A stretch of 64,000 bases of DNA, from positions 5,988 to 69,987 of the forward strand of contig CAYPXN010000040.1 in NCBI GenBank assembly GCA_964414715.1. Reading direction: 5' to 3'. The position numbers and the translations under genes were made by a program. Below, piece after piece: positions 27,051 through 36,201 of the stretch (positions within the stretch are counted from its first letter, which is position 1; each line of letters starts with the position of its first letter). The notes beneath the pieces were generated by a model, which saw nothing but the letters and a program-made list of their open reading frames with translations, was not told where the DNA came from and ran no database searches. Source of the stretch: an uncultured Pseudomonadota bacterium (GTDB taxonomy: Bacteria > UBA10199 > JADFYH01).

Positions 27051-27707
27051 ATGGCTATAAGCACTGAACTTCTGAAACTACTTGTTTGCCCCAAGTGCAA
27101 AAAGGCTCTTCAGTATCAATCTAAAGAAGATGCTTTGCTATGTTCTTCTTGTTCACTTTTGTACCCTATACAGGAAGGCGTTCCTGTGATGAGCGAAGAA
27201 GAAGCTTTTGAAATCGGAAAGGGAGGGGAACTTATGACCAAAGCTACAAAGTCACCGGTAGCTATTTTCAAAATCAAAGAGGGTCCCAACCAAGGTGAGT
27301 CTCTTAAGCTCCCTCTCGATTCTTGTCGAGCCATTGGAAGAAGCATCGACGATGTGAACAAAACCCAAATCTTCAACATGGAGCCTATTGTTCCACTGGA
27401 TGACTTTACCAAAAAACTCGTCTTGAATTATCTTTCCAAGAAAAAGGGTAAAGCAGCTCCTGCAAAAGCAAACACTGAAAATGCCTTTGGAAGTTTTAAA
27501 AGACTTCCAGACTTGGTCCTCAACGATCCAGCCATTTCCAGACTTCATGCCATGCTTTTTTATGATGAGAGTGGGGCGGGAATATTAGATTTGGTTTCCA
27601 GAAATGGTACTTTTGTAAATGGTCAAGAAGTGGAGTCTCGTACTTTAAAAGAAGGGGACCTCATTGAAATTGGTGCCACTAAAATTGCATTTTCAATGTC
27701 GAACTAG
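27051..27707 (+). CDS. Trm112-like zinc-ribbon domain fused to an FHA domain.
   Basis: N-terminus LLKLLVCPKCKKALQY...LLCSSCSLLYPIQEGVPVM (Trm112/UPF0434). C-terminus AIGRS...ISRLHAML...SRNGTFVNGQ (canonical FHA motifs). Confidence 0.7.
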   Translation: MAISTELLKLLVCPKCKKALQYQSKEDALLCSSCSLLYPIQEGVPVMSEEEAFEIGKGGELMTKATKSPVAIFKIKEGPNQGESLKLPLDSCRAIGRSIDDVNKTQIFNMEPIVPLDDFTKKLVLNYLSKKKGKAAPAKANTENAFGSFKRLPDLVLNDPAISRLHAMLFYDESGAGILDLVSRNGTFVNGQEVESRTLKEGDLIEIGATKIAFSMSN

Positions 27708-27722
27708 AAACGTGGTAATCCT

Positions 27723-28592
27723 ATGAAAAGCATGACAGGTTATGGAACGGGTGAATATAAAGGAAAATACAAACATTTTTCTTTTGAGGTCAAAACCGTC
27801 AATCATCGATTTTGTGAAGTGAACATCAGACTTCCACAGCGTTTTTATCATTTCGAAGGAGAGCTTACCGAATTTACCAAGAAGCATTTTAAAAGAGGAA
27901 GGATTGATATTTTCATTCGAGAGCTCGGTTCTAATGTCCGTGGAAAAGTAAAAATCGACGAAGAACAGCTTAAACATTATTTAAAGCTTATTCGAAAAAT
28001 CAATAAACAAGTAAAACTCCCTGAAAGCATAAAAATCGAACATCTTCTCAATCTTCCTCATGTTGTTTTACTGGAAGACGATGAAGAAGATTTAAAACTT
28101 CTTCTCTCACATCTCAAAAAAAACCTTTCCGAAGTATTTCAAAAAGTTGAAAAAATGAGAGAAAAAGAAGGGGCTGGTGTCCGCAAAGACCTTGAAGAAA
28201 GGTTGGATTTGATTCAAGAACATGTGGCATTGGTCCAAAAAAAGGTTCCCGAAGTAATCTCCGATTACCAAAAACGCCTGAAGGAACGCATTGAAAAATT
28301 AAGCCAACAAAGTCCTGACGAATGGAGACTTGCCCAGGAAGTAGCTTACTTCGTAGATCGCACCGATGTTTCTGAAGAACTTCAAAGATTACAAAGCCAC
28401 CTCAAACATTTCAGGGAAGTCACAAAAGAAAAAGATGCGGTGGGAAGAAAGTTAGATTTCATTCTTCAGGAAATTAATCGTGAGATCAACACTCTCGGCG
28501 CAAAATCACAACACAGTGATATTTCAAAGCATGTGGTTGCATGCAAACATGAACTTGAAAAAATGAGAGAACAAGTTCAAAACGTAGAATAG
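27723..28592 (+). CDS. yicC: YicC-family protein.
   Basis: MKSMTGYG N-terminus. 289 aa. Sits upstream of gmk, as is typical. Confidence 0.85.
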   Translation: MKSMTGYGTGEYKGKYKHFSFEVKTVNHRFCEVNIRLPQRFYHFEGELTEFTKKHFKRGRIDIFIRELGSNVRGKVKIDEEQLKHYLKLIRKINKQVKLPESIKIEHLLNLPHVVLLEDDEEDLKLLLSHLKKNLSEVFQKVEKMREKEGAGVRKDLEERLDLIQEHVALVQKKVPEVISDYQKRLKERIEKLSQQSPDEWRLAQEVAYFVDRTDVSEELQRLQSHLKHFREVTKEKDAVGRKLDFILQEINREINTLGAKSQHSDISKHVVACKHELEKMREQVQNVE

Positions 28593-28636
28593 ACCCTGTT
28601 AAAGTCTAAATATTCCAAACTTAAAAGGGAACTTGA

Positions 28637-29212
28637 ATGACCAAGAAGGGAATCTTATTTGTAGTCTCTGGCCCCTCCGGTAGTGGAAAAACTACTCTAT
28701 GTCGCCAAGTAGAACAACACTTGAGAATCCCTCACTCTGTTTCTTACACCACACGAGCTCCCCGTAAGGGTGAGATTGAGGGAAAAGATTATCATTTTTT
28801 AAGTCTGGAAAAATTTGAGGAAATGGAAAAAAGGGGAGAGTTTCTGGAAAGTGCCTGGGTACATGGCAATCGATATGGTACCGCCCTTCAATACACCCAA
28901 GACATTATCAACAAGGGAAATGACCTGATTCTGGATCTGGACACACAGGGAGCTCTCGCTGTAAAATCAAAAATTAAAGATGCTGTCCTGATTTTTATCG
29001 ATGCTCCTGATGACGAAAGCTTGGCAAATCGCTTGGGGCAAAGAGGCACTGAAGATCCAGAAATAAAAGCAAAACGCCTTGCCCAAGCAAGTCACGAAAG
29101 AAGCTTTAAAGAAGAATATCACTACCACGTAACAAACGACTCGCTAGAAAAAACTTTACAGTTCATAATTCATGTTATTGAAAATGAAAGGAAAATAAAA
29201 AGGTCTACCTAA
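28637..29212 (+). CDS. gmk: Guanylate kinase.
   Basis: P-loop GPSGSGKTT plus YHFLSLEKFEEM... Confidence 0.9.
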   Translation: MTKKGILFVVSGPSGSGKTTLCRQVEQHLRIPHSVSYTTRAPRKGEIEGKDYHFLSLEKFEEMEKRGEFLESAWVHGNRYGTALQYTQDIINKGNDLILDLDTQGALAVKSKIKDAVLIFIDAPDDESLANRLGQRGTEDPEIKAKRLAQASHERSFKEEYHYHVTNDSLEKTLQFIIHVIENERKIKRST

Positions 29213-29223
29213 GCAATCCCTCT

Positions 29224-31383
29224 ATGGTCACTCTCGAAAAGATCATTCAGAACATCAAATCCTACAACCCCCAAGGGGATTTTTCTCTCATTCAAAAAGC
29301 AGGGGATTTTGCCAGTAAGGTTCATAAAGGCCAAGAAAGGCAATCCGGAGAACCTTATATTATTCATCCTCTCGAAGTTGCTGAAATTCTTGTTCAAATG
29401 AAACTCGATGTTCCGTCTATTGTTGCAGCACTGCTTCACGATACGATAGAAGATACTTCTGCAACTCTCGACGAAATCAAAAAAGAATTCGGACCTGAAA
29501 TTGCCCACTTGGTAGATGGCGTAACCAAACTCAGCAAAATTCAATTTTCGAGCGCACAAGAAAAACAGGCCGAAAATTTTCGCAAAATGATCATGGCTAT
29601 GGCGAAAGACATCCGGGTTATTCTGATCAAGCTTGCGGATCGCCTCAACAACATGAGAACTCTGAAACACCTCTCCGAAGAAAGACAACAAAACATTGCC
29701 CGCGAAACCATGGATATCTATGCTCCTTTAGCAAACCGTTTGGGAATCCAGTGGATGAAGGTTGAACTCGAGGAGTTATCTTTCAAATATCTTAAACCTG
29801 AAGCCTATAAAGATATTGATGAAAAAATGAGGCAGGTTAAAAAAGAATCTGCTCCTTATATTGAGAAAGTGCTCCAGGAAGTTTCAAGCAAGCTGAATGA
29901 GTATAAAGTTCCCCATCAAATTTATGGTCGCCTCAAACATTATTTTAGTATTTACAGAAAAATGGCGGCCCAAAACATTTCTTTTGAACAAGTAAATGAC
30001 TTGATTGCTTTCCGAATTATCGTGGACAACATTACACAGTGTTATACTGCCCTAGGAATTATTCACGAACTTTGGACCCCCATCCCCGGGCGATTCAAGG
30101 ATTACATTGCCATGCCCAAGGCAAACAACTATCAATCACTCCATACCACTGTAGTATGCATGGAAGGAGAGCGTGCAGAATTCCAGATTCGAACGAAAGA
30201 AATGAATGAAGTGGCGGAAAAAGGGATCGCTGCACACTGGAACTACAAAGAAAATGGTTCGATCGACGACAAAGATCAGCAAAAATTTCAGTGGGTACAG
30301 GAACTGCTAAAATGGCAAAACGAACTCAAAGACCCGGCCGAATTTCTCGATACCGTCAAACTTGATTTATTTGCCACAGATGTTTATGTTTTTACACCCA
30401 ATGGTGATGTGAAAGAACTTCCTCACGGAGCCACTCCTATTGATTTTGCCTATTCCATTCACTCTGACGTGGGAAATCGCTGTGTGGGTGCAAAAGTAAA
30501 TGAAAAGATTGTCCCTCTTAATTATCGCTTACGAAGCGGTGACACCATAGAAATTCTCACAAGTGCCCATCACAAACCCTCCAAAGACTGGCTTAAATTC
30601 GCCGTCACTTCCCGGGCAAAATCCAGGATTCGCCAAGTAATTCAACACGAACAACGAGAAAAAAGTATTATCCTGGGAAAAGAGTTAATTGAAAAGGAAT
30701 TCGAAAAATTCAAACTTTCCCCCTCAAAATACATGAAAGGGGAAGAACTCAAGCACGCCATTCAGGAAATGGGCTATCAAAATCTTGAAACCTTACAAAT
30801 GCACGTGGGTTATGGAAAAATTTCTCCCTTACAATTTATTTCAAAACTCGTTCCACGTGAACTTCTTGCAGAAAAAGCTTCAGAAGAAACAAAAGCCGAA
30901 AGTACTCTTTCCAGAATTTTCAAAAAGGTAAAAGAACGTGGTAAGAGCATTGTAAAAGTAGGTGGCTACGACGACATCATGGTATCTTTGGGGCGTTGCT
31001 GCTCCCCTCTACCTGGAGATCCTATCATAGGATTTATTACGCGAGGCAGGGGAGTTGTGGTTCACATTATGGACTGTGCCAAGGTTCTTTCCACAGACCC
31101 CGAACGAAGAGTGGAGGTTGCTTGGGACAAACACAGTGAAGCTTCTCATCAGGCAAAACTGAAAATTGTAAGTGCAGACAGACCTGGCCTCTTAGCATCC
31201 ATGAGTAAAACTATTGCCAATGAAGGGGTCAATATCTCTCAGGCTTCCATACGAACCACGAGTGACGAAAAAGCAGTAAATATCTTTGAAGTGGAAATCA
31301 AAAACATCTCCCAATTAAAAGGAGTATTACGGGCCTTGGAAAAATTGGGAGGAGTAATCAGCGTGGAGAGAATAAGGAATTAA
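29224..31383 (+). CDS. spoT: Bifunctional (p)ppGpp synthetase/hydrolase, Rel/SpoT long RSH.
   Basis: HD hydrolase domain (HPLEVAEIL..HDTIED), synthetase domain, and TGS plus ACT C-terminal domains. Length 719 aa. Confidence 0.9.
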   Translation: MVTLEKIIQNIKSYNPQGDFSLIQKAGDFASKVHKGQERQSGEPYIIHPLEVAEILVQMKLDVPSIVAALLHDTIEDTSATLDEIKKEFGPEIAHLVDGVTKLSKIQFSSAQEKQAENFRKMIMAMAKDIRVILIKLADRLNNMRTLKHLSEERQQNIARETMDIYAPLANRLGIQWMKVELEELSFKYLKPEAYKDIDEKMRQVKKESAPYIEKVLQEVSSKLNEYKVPHQIYGRLKHYFSIYRKMAAQNISFEQVNDLIAFRIIVDNITQCYTALGIIHELWTPIPGRFKDYIAMPKANNYQSLHTTVVCMEGERAEFQIRTKEMNEVAEKGIAAHWNYKENGSIDDKDQQKFQWVQELLKWQNELKDPAEFLDTVKLDLFATDVYVFTPNGDVKELPHGATPIDFAYSIHSDVGNRCVGAKVNEKIVPLNYRLRSGDTIEILTSAHHKPSKDWLKFAVTSRAKSRIRQVIQHEQREKSIILGKELIEKEFEKFKLSPSKYMKGEELKHAIQEMGYQNLETLQMHVGYGKISPLQFISKLVPRELLAEKASEETKAESTLSRIFKKVKERGKSIVKVGGYDDIMVSLGRCCSPLPGDPIIGFITRGRGVVVHIMDCAKVLSTDPERRVEVAWDKHSEASHQAKLKIVSADRPGLLASMSKTIANEGVNISQASIRTTSDEKAVNIFEVEIKNISQLKGVLRALEKLGGVISVERIRN

Positions 31384-31389
31384 CTCCTC

Positions 31390-31415
31390 CATCTCACTTC
31401 GTGAGATGCCTCCTC
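31390..31415 (+). terminator. Stem-loop with a UUCG tetraloop immediately after the spoT stop codon. Weak U-tract.
   Basis: CATCTCAC-ttcg-GTGAGATG followed by cctcctcttt. Confidence 0.4.
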
Positions 31416-31452
31416 TTTAAGTTAAAAGGAAGCAAGAGGAATGGAAATTATC

Positions 31453-31641
31453 TTAAGCTTTCTGAACGTGACCTGAACGAATACAACGGGTGCAAGCCAA
31501 AATACTCTTCACTTTACCTGCCACAATTGCCTTCACTTTTTGCAAATTTGGGAAATTACGTGTGTGAGACTTGTTGTTGGCATGACTCACTGTATTGCCA
31601 GCTTGGGGTGTTTTTTCACAAACAAAACATTTTCTCGACAT
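31453..31641 (-). CDS. rpmB: 50S ribosomal protein L28.
   Basis: MSRKCFVCEKTPQAGNTVSHANNKSHTRNFPNLQKVKA matches the L28 family. Confidence 0.85.
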   Translation of the reverse strand: MSRKCFVCEKTPQAGNTVSHANNKSHTRNFPNLQKVKAIVAGKVKSILACTRCIRSGHVQKA

Positions 31642-31717
31642 AATAAAACTCCTTAAAAAGAGGGGCTTCTCTACACAAGATATTGAAACTATGCAAGATT
31701 TTTAATAAACAGGAGAC

Positions 31718-32095
31718 ATGAAAAAGCCTTCAGAACAAACAAAGGGGCAACAGGGCGAAGAATGGGCCGCCGAATATTTAAAGCAAAAAGGCCTTAAAAT
31801 CATTGAAAAAAACTGGAAATGTCGCTGGGGAGAAGTGGATTTAATCGCTCAAACGGGAAATAAAATTGTTTTTGTAGAGGTTAAAAGCCGTCAAAGTCCC
31901 GAGTTCGGATCAGGCTTTGAGGCGGTCAATAAGCGCAAACAGGAGAAAATTCTTCGAAGTGCCTTAAGCTATCTTCAGAAAAAATCGAATAATTCAAATA
32001 TCCATTTTGGAGTCATTCAGGTCAATTTGAAAGAGGGTAAAAACTCCATTGAATATCTCGAGTTTCCACTGGACGGATTGGGTGGTTATTATTAG
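31718..32095 (+). CDS. yraN: YraN-family endonuclease (UPF0102).
   Basis: GEEWAAEYLKQKGLKIIEKNWKCRWGEVDLIAQ...VFVEVKSR. Confidence 0.8.
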   Translation: MKKPSEQTKGQQGEEWAAEYLKQKGLKIIEKNWKCRWGEVDLIAQTGNKIVFVEVKSRQSPEFGSGFEAVNKRKQEKILRSALSYLQKKSNNSNIHFGVIQVNLKEGKNSIEYLEFPLDGLGGYY

Positions 32096-32125
32096 AAAGG
32101 TTCAATTTTTAATGGAGTCAATAGA

Positions 32126-33895
32126 ATGAAATACCAAAACGTAATCGCCCAGTTCGCACAAAAAGCCCAAGAAATGGGAGCTAAACCCTGTTTTAAATAT
32201 AAATCCAAAGATAAATGGAAAACTCTCGATTGGTTTGAAGTAAAGGATGCCGTTGAAAAACTTGCCTCGGCTTTGGACGAAAAAGGGGTAAAAACAGGAG
32301 ACAAAGTAGCCATTTTTTCCACCACACGCTACGAGTGGACGATTTGTGATTTGGCCATCCTTTCCTTGGGAGCTGTCACAGTTCCCATTTACCACTCCAC
32401 ACTCCCCAATGAAGCAGAGTTTATTCTCAATCATTCTGAAGCAAAGCTGCTGTTTGTGGAAGATAAAAACCAATTAAAAAAAATTGAGAGCATTCGCAAA
32501 AATCTTTCTTCCTTAAAAGATATTATTCTCTTCGAAGGACAAGCTCCCAACACCACTTCATTTCAAAAACTGCTTGAAGGGGATGCAGCAGATGCTTTGA
32601 GTCTCGAAGTCAGAACCGACAAAATACCCTTGGATGCCATTGCCACCATTGTTTACACCAGTGGAACCACCGGAAAGCCCAAAGGAGTGGTTCTTACTCA
32701 TAAAAACCTGGCTTCCGAAATGGATGCTTTGCAAAAAATATTTATTTTTCCTTCCGATCAAGAAGCTTTGATCTTTTTGCCTCTGGCCCATATTTTTGCG
32801 AGAGCTTTTCAGTTCTATCAGCTTTGTACCGGATTTATTCAGGTTTATGCCGAGAGCATCGATAAACTTCTGGATAATATTTCAGAAGTACGTCCTCATT
32901 TCATTGCCTGTGTTCCCAGAATTTTTGAAAAAATTCACTCCAAAATCTTGCACGACGTTCATTCATCCAGTCCTCTTAAACAAAAAATATTCCATTGGGC
33001 AGTCAAAGTGGGCGCTGAAGTTAGCCGCTTAAAACAAGCTAACAAAGGCATTTCACCGATTCTTGCGGCTCAATATCAAATCGCCAAAAATTTGGTATTT
33101 TCAAAACTCCATAAAAAACTCGGGGGCAGAATACGCTTCTTCCTTTCCGGAGGAGCGCCCTTGGCTGCAGAAGTTGCAGAGTTTTTTCATGCCGCGGACA
33201 TCCTGATTTTGGAAGGTTATGGACTTACAGAAACCACCGCTGCCATTAATGTAAATCTTCCCACTCACTACAAGTTTGGAACCGTAGGGCCCATCGTGGC
33301 TCATACAGAAGAAAAGCTGGGGGCTGACGGTGAAATTTTGGTCAGGGGAGACCATGTATTCAAGGAATACTATCGAGATCCCGAAGCGACAAAAGAAGTA
33401 TTTACCGCAGATGGTTTTTTCCACACGGGAGATATTGGAGTTTATGACAAAGAAGGATTCTTGAAAATCACGGATCGTAAAAAAGATATTATTGTGACCG
33501 CTGCCGGAAAAAACATTGCTCCTCAATATATTGAAAACCTTTTAAAAATGGATAGCATTATCAGCCAAGTCATGGTTCATGGTGATCGCCGTAAGTTTCT
33601 TTCTGCTTTAATCACCCTGAATATGGATGAGGTAAAAAAGATTGCTCAGCATCAAAAAATTGAAACAAGCGACCATGGCGAGCTTGCAAAACATCCCAAA
33701 ATTCATGAGCATGTTCGAAAGAAAATTGAAGAAAAAAACAAACAGCTTCCGAGCTATGAAACCATTAAACGATTTGCCATTCTGGAAAAAGATTTCAGCA
33801 TTGAAGGTGGGGAACTTACTCCAACCCTGAAAGTAAAAAGAAAGTTGGTCACGGAACGCTACAAAGAAATTCTGGATTCTTTCTACAATGAATAG
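32126..33895 (+). CDS. Long-chain fatty-acid--CoA ligase (AMP-binding family).
   Basis: AMP-binding motif YTSGTTGKPKGV. Adenylate-forming enzyme architecture. Length 589 aa. Confidence 0.85.
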   Translation: MKYQNVIAQFAQKAQEMGAKPCFKYKSKDKWKTLDWFEVKDAVEKLASALDEKGVKTGDKVAIFSTTRYEWTICDLAILSLGAVTVPIYHSTLPNEAEFILNHSEAKLLFVEDKNQLKKIESIRKNLSSLKDIILFEGQAPNTTSFQKLLEGDAADALSLEVRTDKIPLDAIATIVYTSGTTGKPKGVVLTHKNLASEMDALQKIFIFPSDQEALIFLPLAHIFARAFQFYQLCTGFIQVYAESIDKLLDNISEVRPHFIACVPRIFEKIHSKILHDVHSSSPLKQKIFHWAVKVGAEVSRLKQANKGISPILAAQYQIAKNLVFSKLHKKLGGRIRFFLSGGAPLAAEVAEFFHAADILILEGYGLTETTAAINVNLPTHYKFGTVGPIVAHTEEKLGADGEILVRGDHVFKEYYRDPEATKEVFTADGFFHTGDIGVYDKEGFLKITDRKKDIIVTAAGKNIAPQYIENLLKMDSIISQVMVHGDRRKFLSALITLNMDEVKKIAQHQKIETSDHGELAKHPKIHEHVRKKIEEKNKQLPSYETIKRFAILEKDFSIEGGELTPTLKVKRKLVTERYKEILDSFYNE

Positions 33896-33962
33896 AGCTT
33901 TTTATCTAAAATAATTTTACTTGAAACTCTTTCAGTATTTTCTTTTAATCATTGCAATAAAT

Positions 33963-33995
33963 CTGTAAATTACTCAAAATATTGAGTAAATTCCT
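33963..33995. promoter_or_regulatory. Candidate operator: perfect 8-4-8 palindrome flanked by CTGTAA direct repeats, upstream of the DUF4870 gene.
   Basis: ctgtaaaTTACTCAAaataTTGAGTAAattcctgtaa. Confidence 0.3.
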
Positions 33996-34027
33996 GTAAC
34001 CCCATCTATATTAAAAGGAGATGAAAC

Positions 34028-34408
34028 ATGGCAGATCAAAACACACAAGGCTCAGGCGGATCCGGCTTGGCTCCCAATGTTGCCTCACTACTTTGCTATC
34101 TTTGTACATTTATTACCGGTATTATCTTTTTGCTCATCGAAAAAGATAACAAGCAGGTGAAATTCCATGCTTGGCAGGCCATTTTTCTCGGGGCAGGCTC
34201 CATTGTCATTCAAATTGCAGTGGCCATTCTTACCGCCATTATGGGAGCAATCTCAGGTGCTTTAGCAACTATCATTAGCCTCCTAGGAACCTTGGTGTAT
34301 CTTGGAATTTTCGTAATCTGGATTGTTGCCATGGTAAAAGCCTATCAAGGTCAACAATGGAAAATTCCATTCATTGGTGATCTGGCTGAAAAACAAGCTG
34401 CAAAATAA
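34028..34408 (+). CDS. DUF4870-like small membrane protein.
   Basis: Translation ...KFHAWQAIFLG... with 3 TM segments. Confidence 0.6.
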   Translation: MADQNTQGSGGSGLAPNVASLLCYLCTFITGIIFLLIEKDNKQVKFHAWQAIFLGAGSIVIQIAVAILTAIMGAISGALATIISLLGTLVYLGIFVIWIVAMVKAYQGQQWKIPFIGDLAEKQAAK

Positions 34409-34442
34409 TCTGCCTCAGGCGGATCATTCTGAGCAAAGTTGA

Positions 34443-34838
34443 ATGATTTATATGAATTCCACAAAGAGGAATTCGCTCCTTGCTGTGTTGGTGCTGATAG
34501 GAATATTTAGCTTCAGCGCTTTTTTAAAAATCAACAGCATCGAACGGATTCCTCTTTGTTTTTTTAAATACCTTACTCATTTAGATTGCCCAGGATGTGG
34601 CTTAACTCGTTCTTTCATTGCTATTTCCCATGGTGATTGGAAAGGAGCTCTTCACTTTAATGTTTTGGGTCCCTTGATTTATCTTTATCTTCTTTTTTAT
34701 CTTATTAAGCATTTGATTTTTCTCATTTGGAATCAGCAGCTTTCTTGGCAAATGCCTCTTTGGTTTCAATGGAGCTTCGGACTTCTCTTCCTTGGACAAT
34801 GGATTTGGAAGCTCATGATTGGCCTGAATATTGTTTGA
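34443..34838 (+). CDS. DUF2752-like membrane protein.
   Basis: LDCPGCGLTRS motif plus TM helices. Confidence 0.6.
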   Translation: MIYMNSTKRNSLLAVLVLIGIFSFSAFLKINSIERIPLCFFKYLTHLDCPGCGLTRSFIAISHGDWKGALHFNVLGPLIYLYLLFYLIKHLIFLIWNQQLSWQMPLWFQWSFGLLFLGQWIWKLMIGLNIV

Positions 34839-34942
34839 ATTTCTTGACCTGCTCAAAAATCTTGTGTTAGCAGAAAAATTCACCGTGTATCTTTTCTTCA
34901 TAGGGAGGGAAGGGTAGCTGCGGAAACCAAAGGAGGAACACC

Positions 34943-35269
34943 ATGGCTCTTACGCCGACTGAGATTTTTACCGAACGTTTACCTGCTAGACTTCAAAAAC
35001 GCGCAGACAAAATCGCCAACATCAAGGCAATTTACCAATTCAACATCACCGGCGACAATGGAGGGACATGGGTATTGGATCTTACCCAACCAGGTGGAAA
35101 AATCACTGAAGGTCCTTCTGAAAGTGCAAAATGTACCGTCATTATGGATTCTGCCAAATTCTCCGATCTCATCGAAGGCAAACTGAATCCCCAAATGGCT
35201 TTCATGACAGGTAAATTAAAAGTAAAAGGTGACATGGGACTTGCCCTGAAATTAGGGTCTATCCTCTAA
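34943..35269 (+). CDS. SCP2 sterol-binding-domain protein.
   Basis: 108-aa SCP-2-like sequence ending ...MAFMTGKLKVKGDMGLALKLGSIL. Confidence 0.75.
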   Translation: MALTPTEIFTERLPARLQKRADKIANIKAIYQFNITGDNGGTWVLDLTQPGGKITEGPSESAKCTVIMDSAKFSDLIEGKLNPQMAFMTGKLKVKGDMGLALKLGSIL

Positions 35270-35300
35270 GAAATCCTTTACAAATTTCCGATTATTTTCC

Positions 35301-35331
35301 AAAAGGGACCTTACACAAGGTCCCTTTTTTT
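35301..35331 (+). terminator. Rho-independent terminator abutting the start codon of the next gene.
   Basis: aaaaGGGACCTTacacAAGGTCCCttttttt. Confidence 0.7.
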
Positions 35332-36201
35332 ATGAAAAAAAACATTCTACCTCTCAGAGGCATTCAAATTCTGGATTTCAGTCGCCACTTACCCGGACCC
35401 TTCGCCACTTTTCTTCTTCAAAAATGGGGCGCAAAAGTAATCCGGGTCGTAAAACCGGAGGATGACGAAGTCTTAAGCTTTCCCAATGTCATGAAGGGAA
35501 AAAACAAAATCGAAGCAGACCTGAAAAATCCCCAAACACTTCTTCAAATCAAAATGCTCTCAAAAAAAGCCGACGTGCTCATCGAAAGCTTCCGCCCCGG
35601 AGTGATGGACAAACTTGGCATGGGTTTTCGGGACATTTCAAAACTCAATTCCCGAATTATTTATGCTTCCCTGAACAGCTATGGTTCAAAAGACAAAAGA
35701 GCAGGGCACGACTTGAATTATCTCGCAGACTCCGGAATGCTGCGTGCTATTTTTCCTGAACATACAAAAGTCCCAGGCCTTCCTCTGGCAGACTTGATCG
35801 GTGGACTGAGTGCCGCTTTTCAAATAAGTACTTTTTTAAATATCCCAAAAATGAAAAGAAAAGCCGTTTACCTCGATATTCCTATTACTGAAACAGTTTC
35901 AGAGTTTGTCCATACCCTGGATCCTGCCGTCAAACAAACCATGAAAAAAGTAGCAGCGGGACATTTGGCACGTTATCATGTCTATCAATGCAAGGATAAA
36001 AAAGAATTGGTGGTAGCTTGTCTGGAAGAAAAATTTTGGAAAAAATTTGTTCACCATCTCAAGATCCCCTCCAAGATTCTAGGCGGCCAGGAAAACCAAA
36101 TTGTTCAGCACTTAAGTAAGCGCTTCAAATCCAAAACACAGAAAGAATGGTTGAAAATTCTCTCAGATCCTGATTTGTGTGTAAGTCCGGTAAACACATG
36201 A
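35332..36201 (+). CDS. CoA-transferase family III (CaiB/BaiF-like) protein. Shorter than typical family members.
   Basis: N-terminus LRGIQILDFSRHLPGPFATFLLQKWGAKVIRV is typical of the family. 289 aa. Confidence 0.65.
   Translation: MKKNILPLRGIQILDFSRHLPGPFATFLLQKWGAKVIRVVKPEDDEVLSFPNVMKGKNKIEADLKNPQTLLQIKMLSKKADVLIESFRPGVMDKLGMGFRDISKLNSRIIYASLNSYGSKDKRAGHDLNYLADSGMLRAIFPEHTKVPGLPLADLIGGLSAAFQISTFLNIPKMKRKAVYLDIPITETVSEFVHTLDPAVKQTMKKVAAGHLARYHVYQCKDKKELVVACLEEKFWKKFVHHLKIPSKILGGQENQIVQHLSKRFKSKTQKEWLKILSDPDLCVSPVNT

Noticed and set aside
31401-31643. Plus-strand 80-aa ORF overlapping rpmB.
   Set aside because: The opposite strand encodes a clear L28 ribosomal protein. The plus ORF is Cys/Leu-rich with no RBS.
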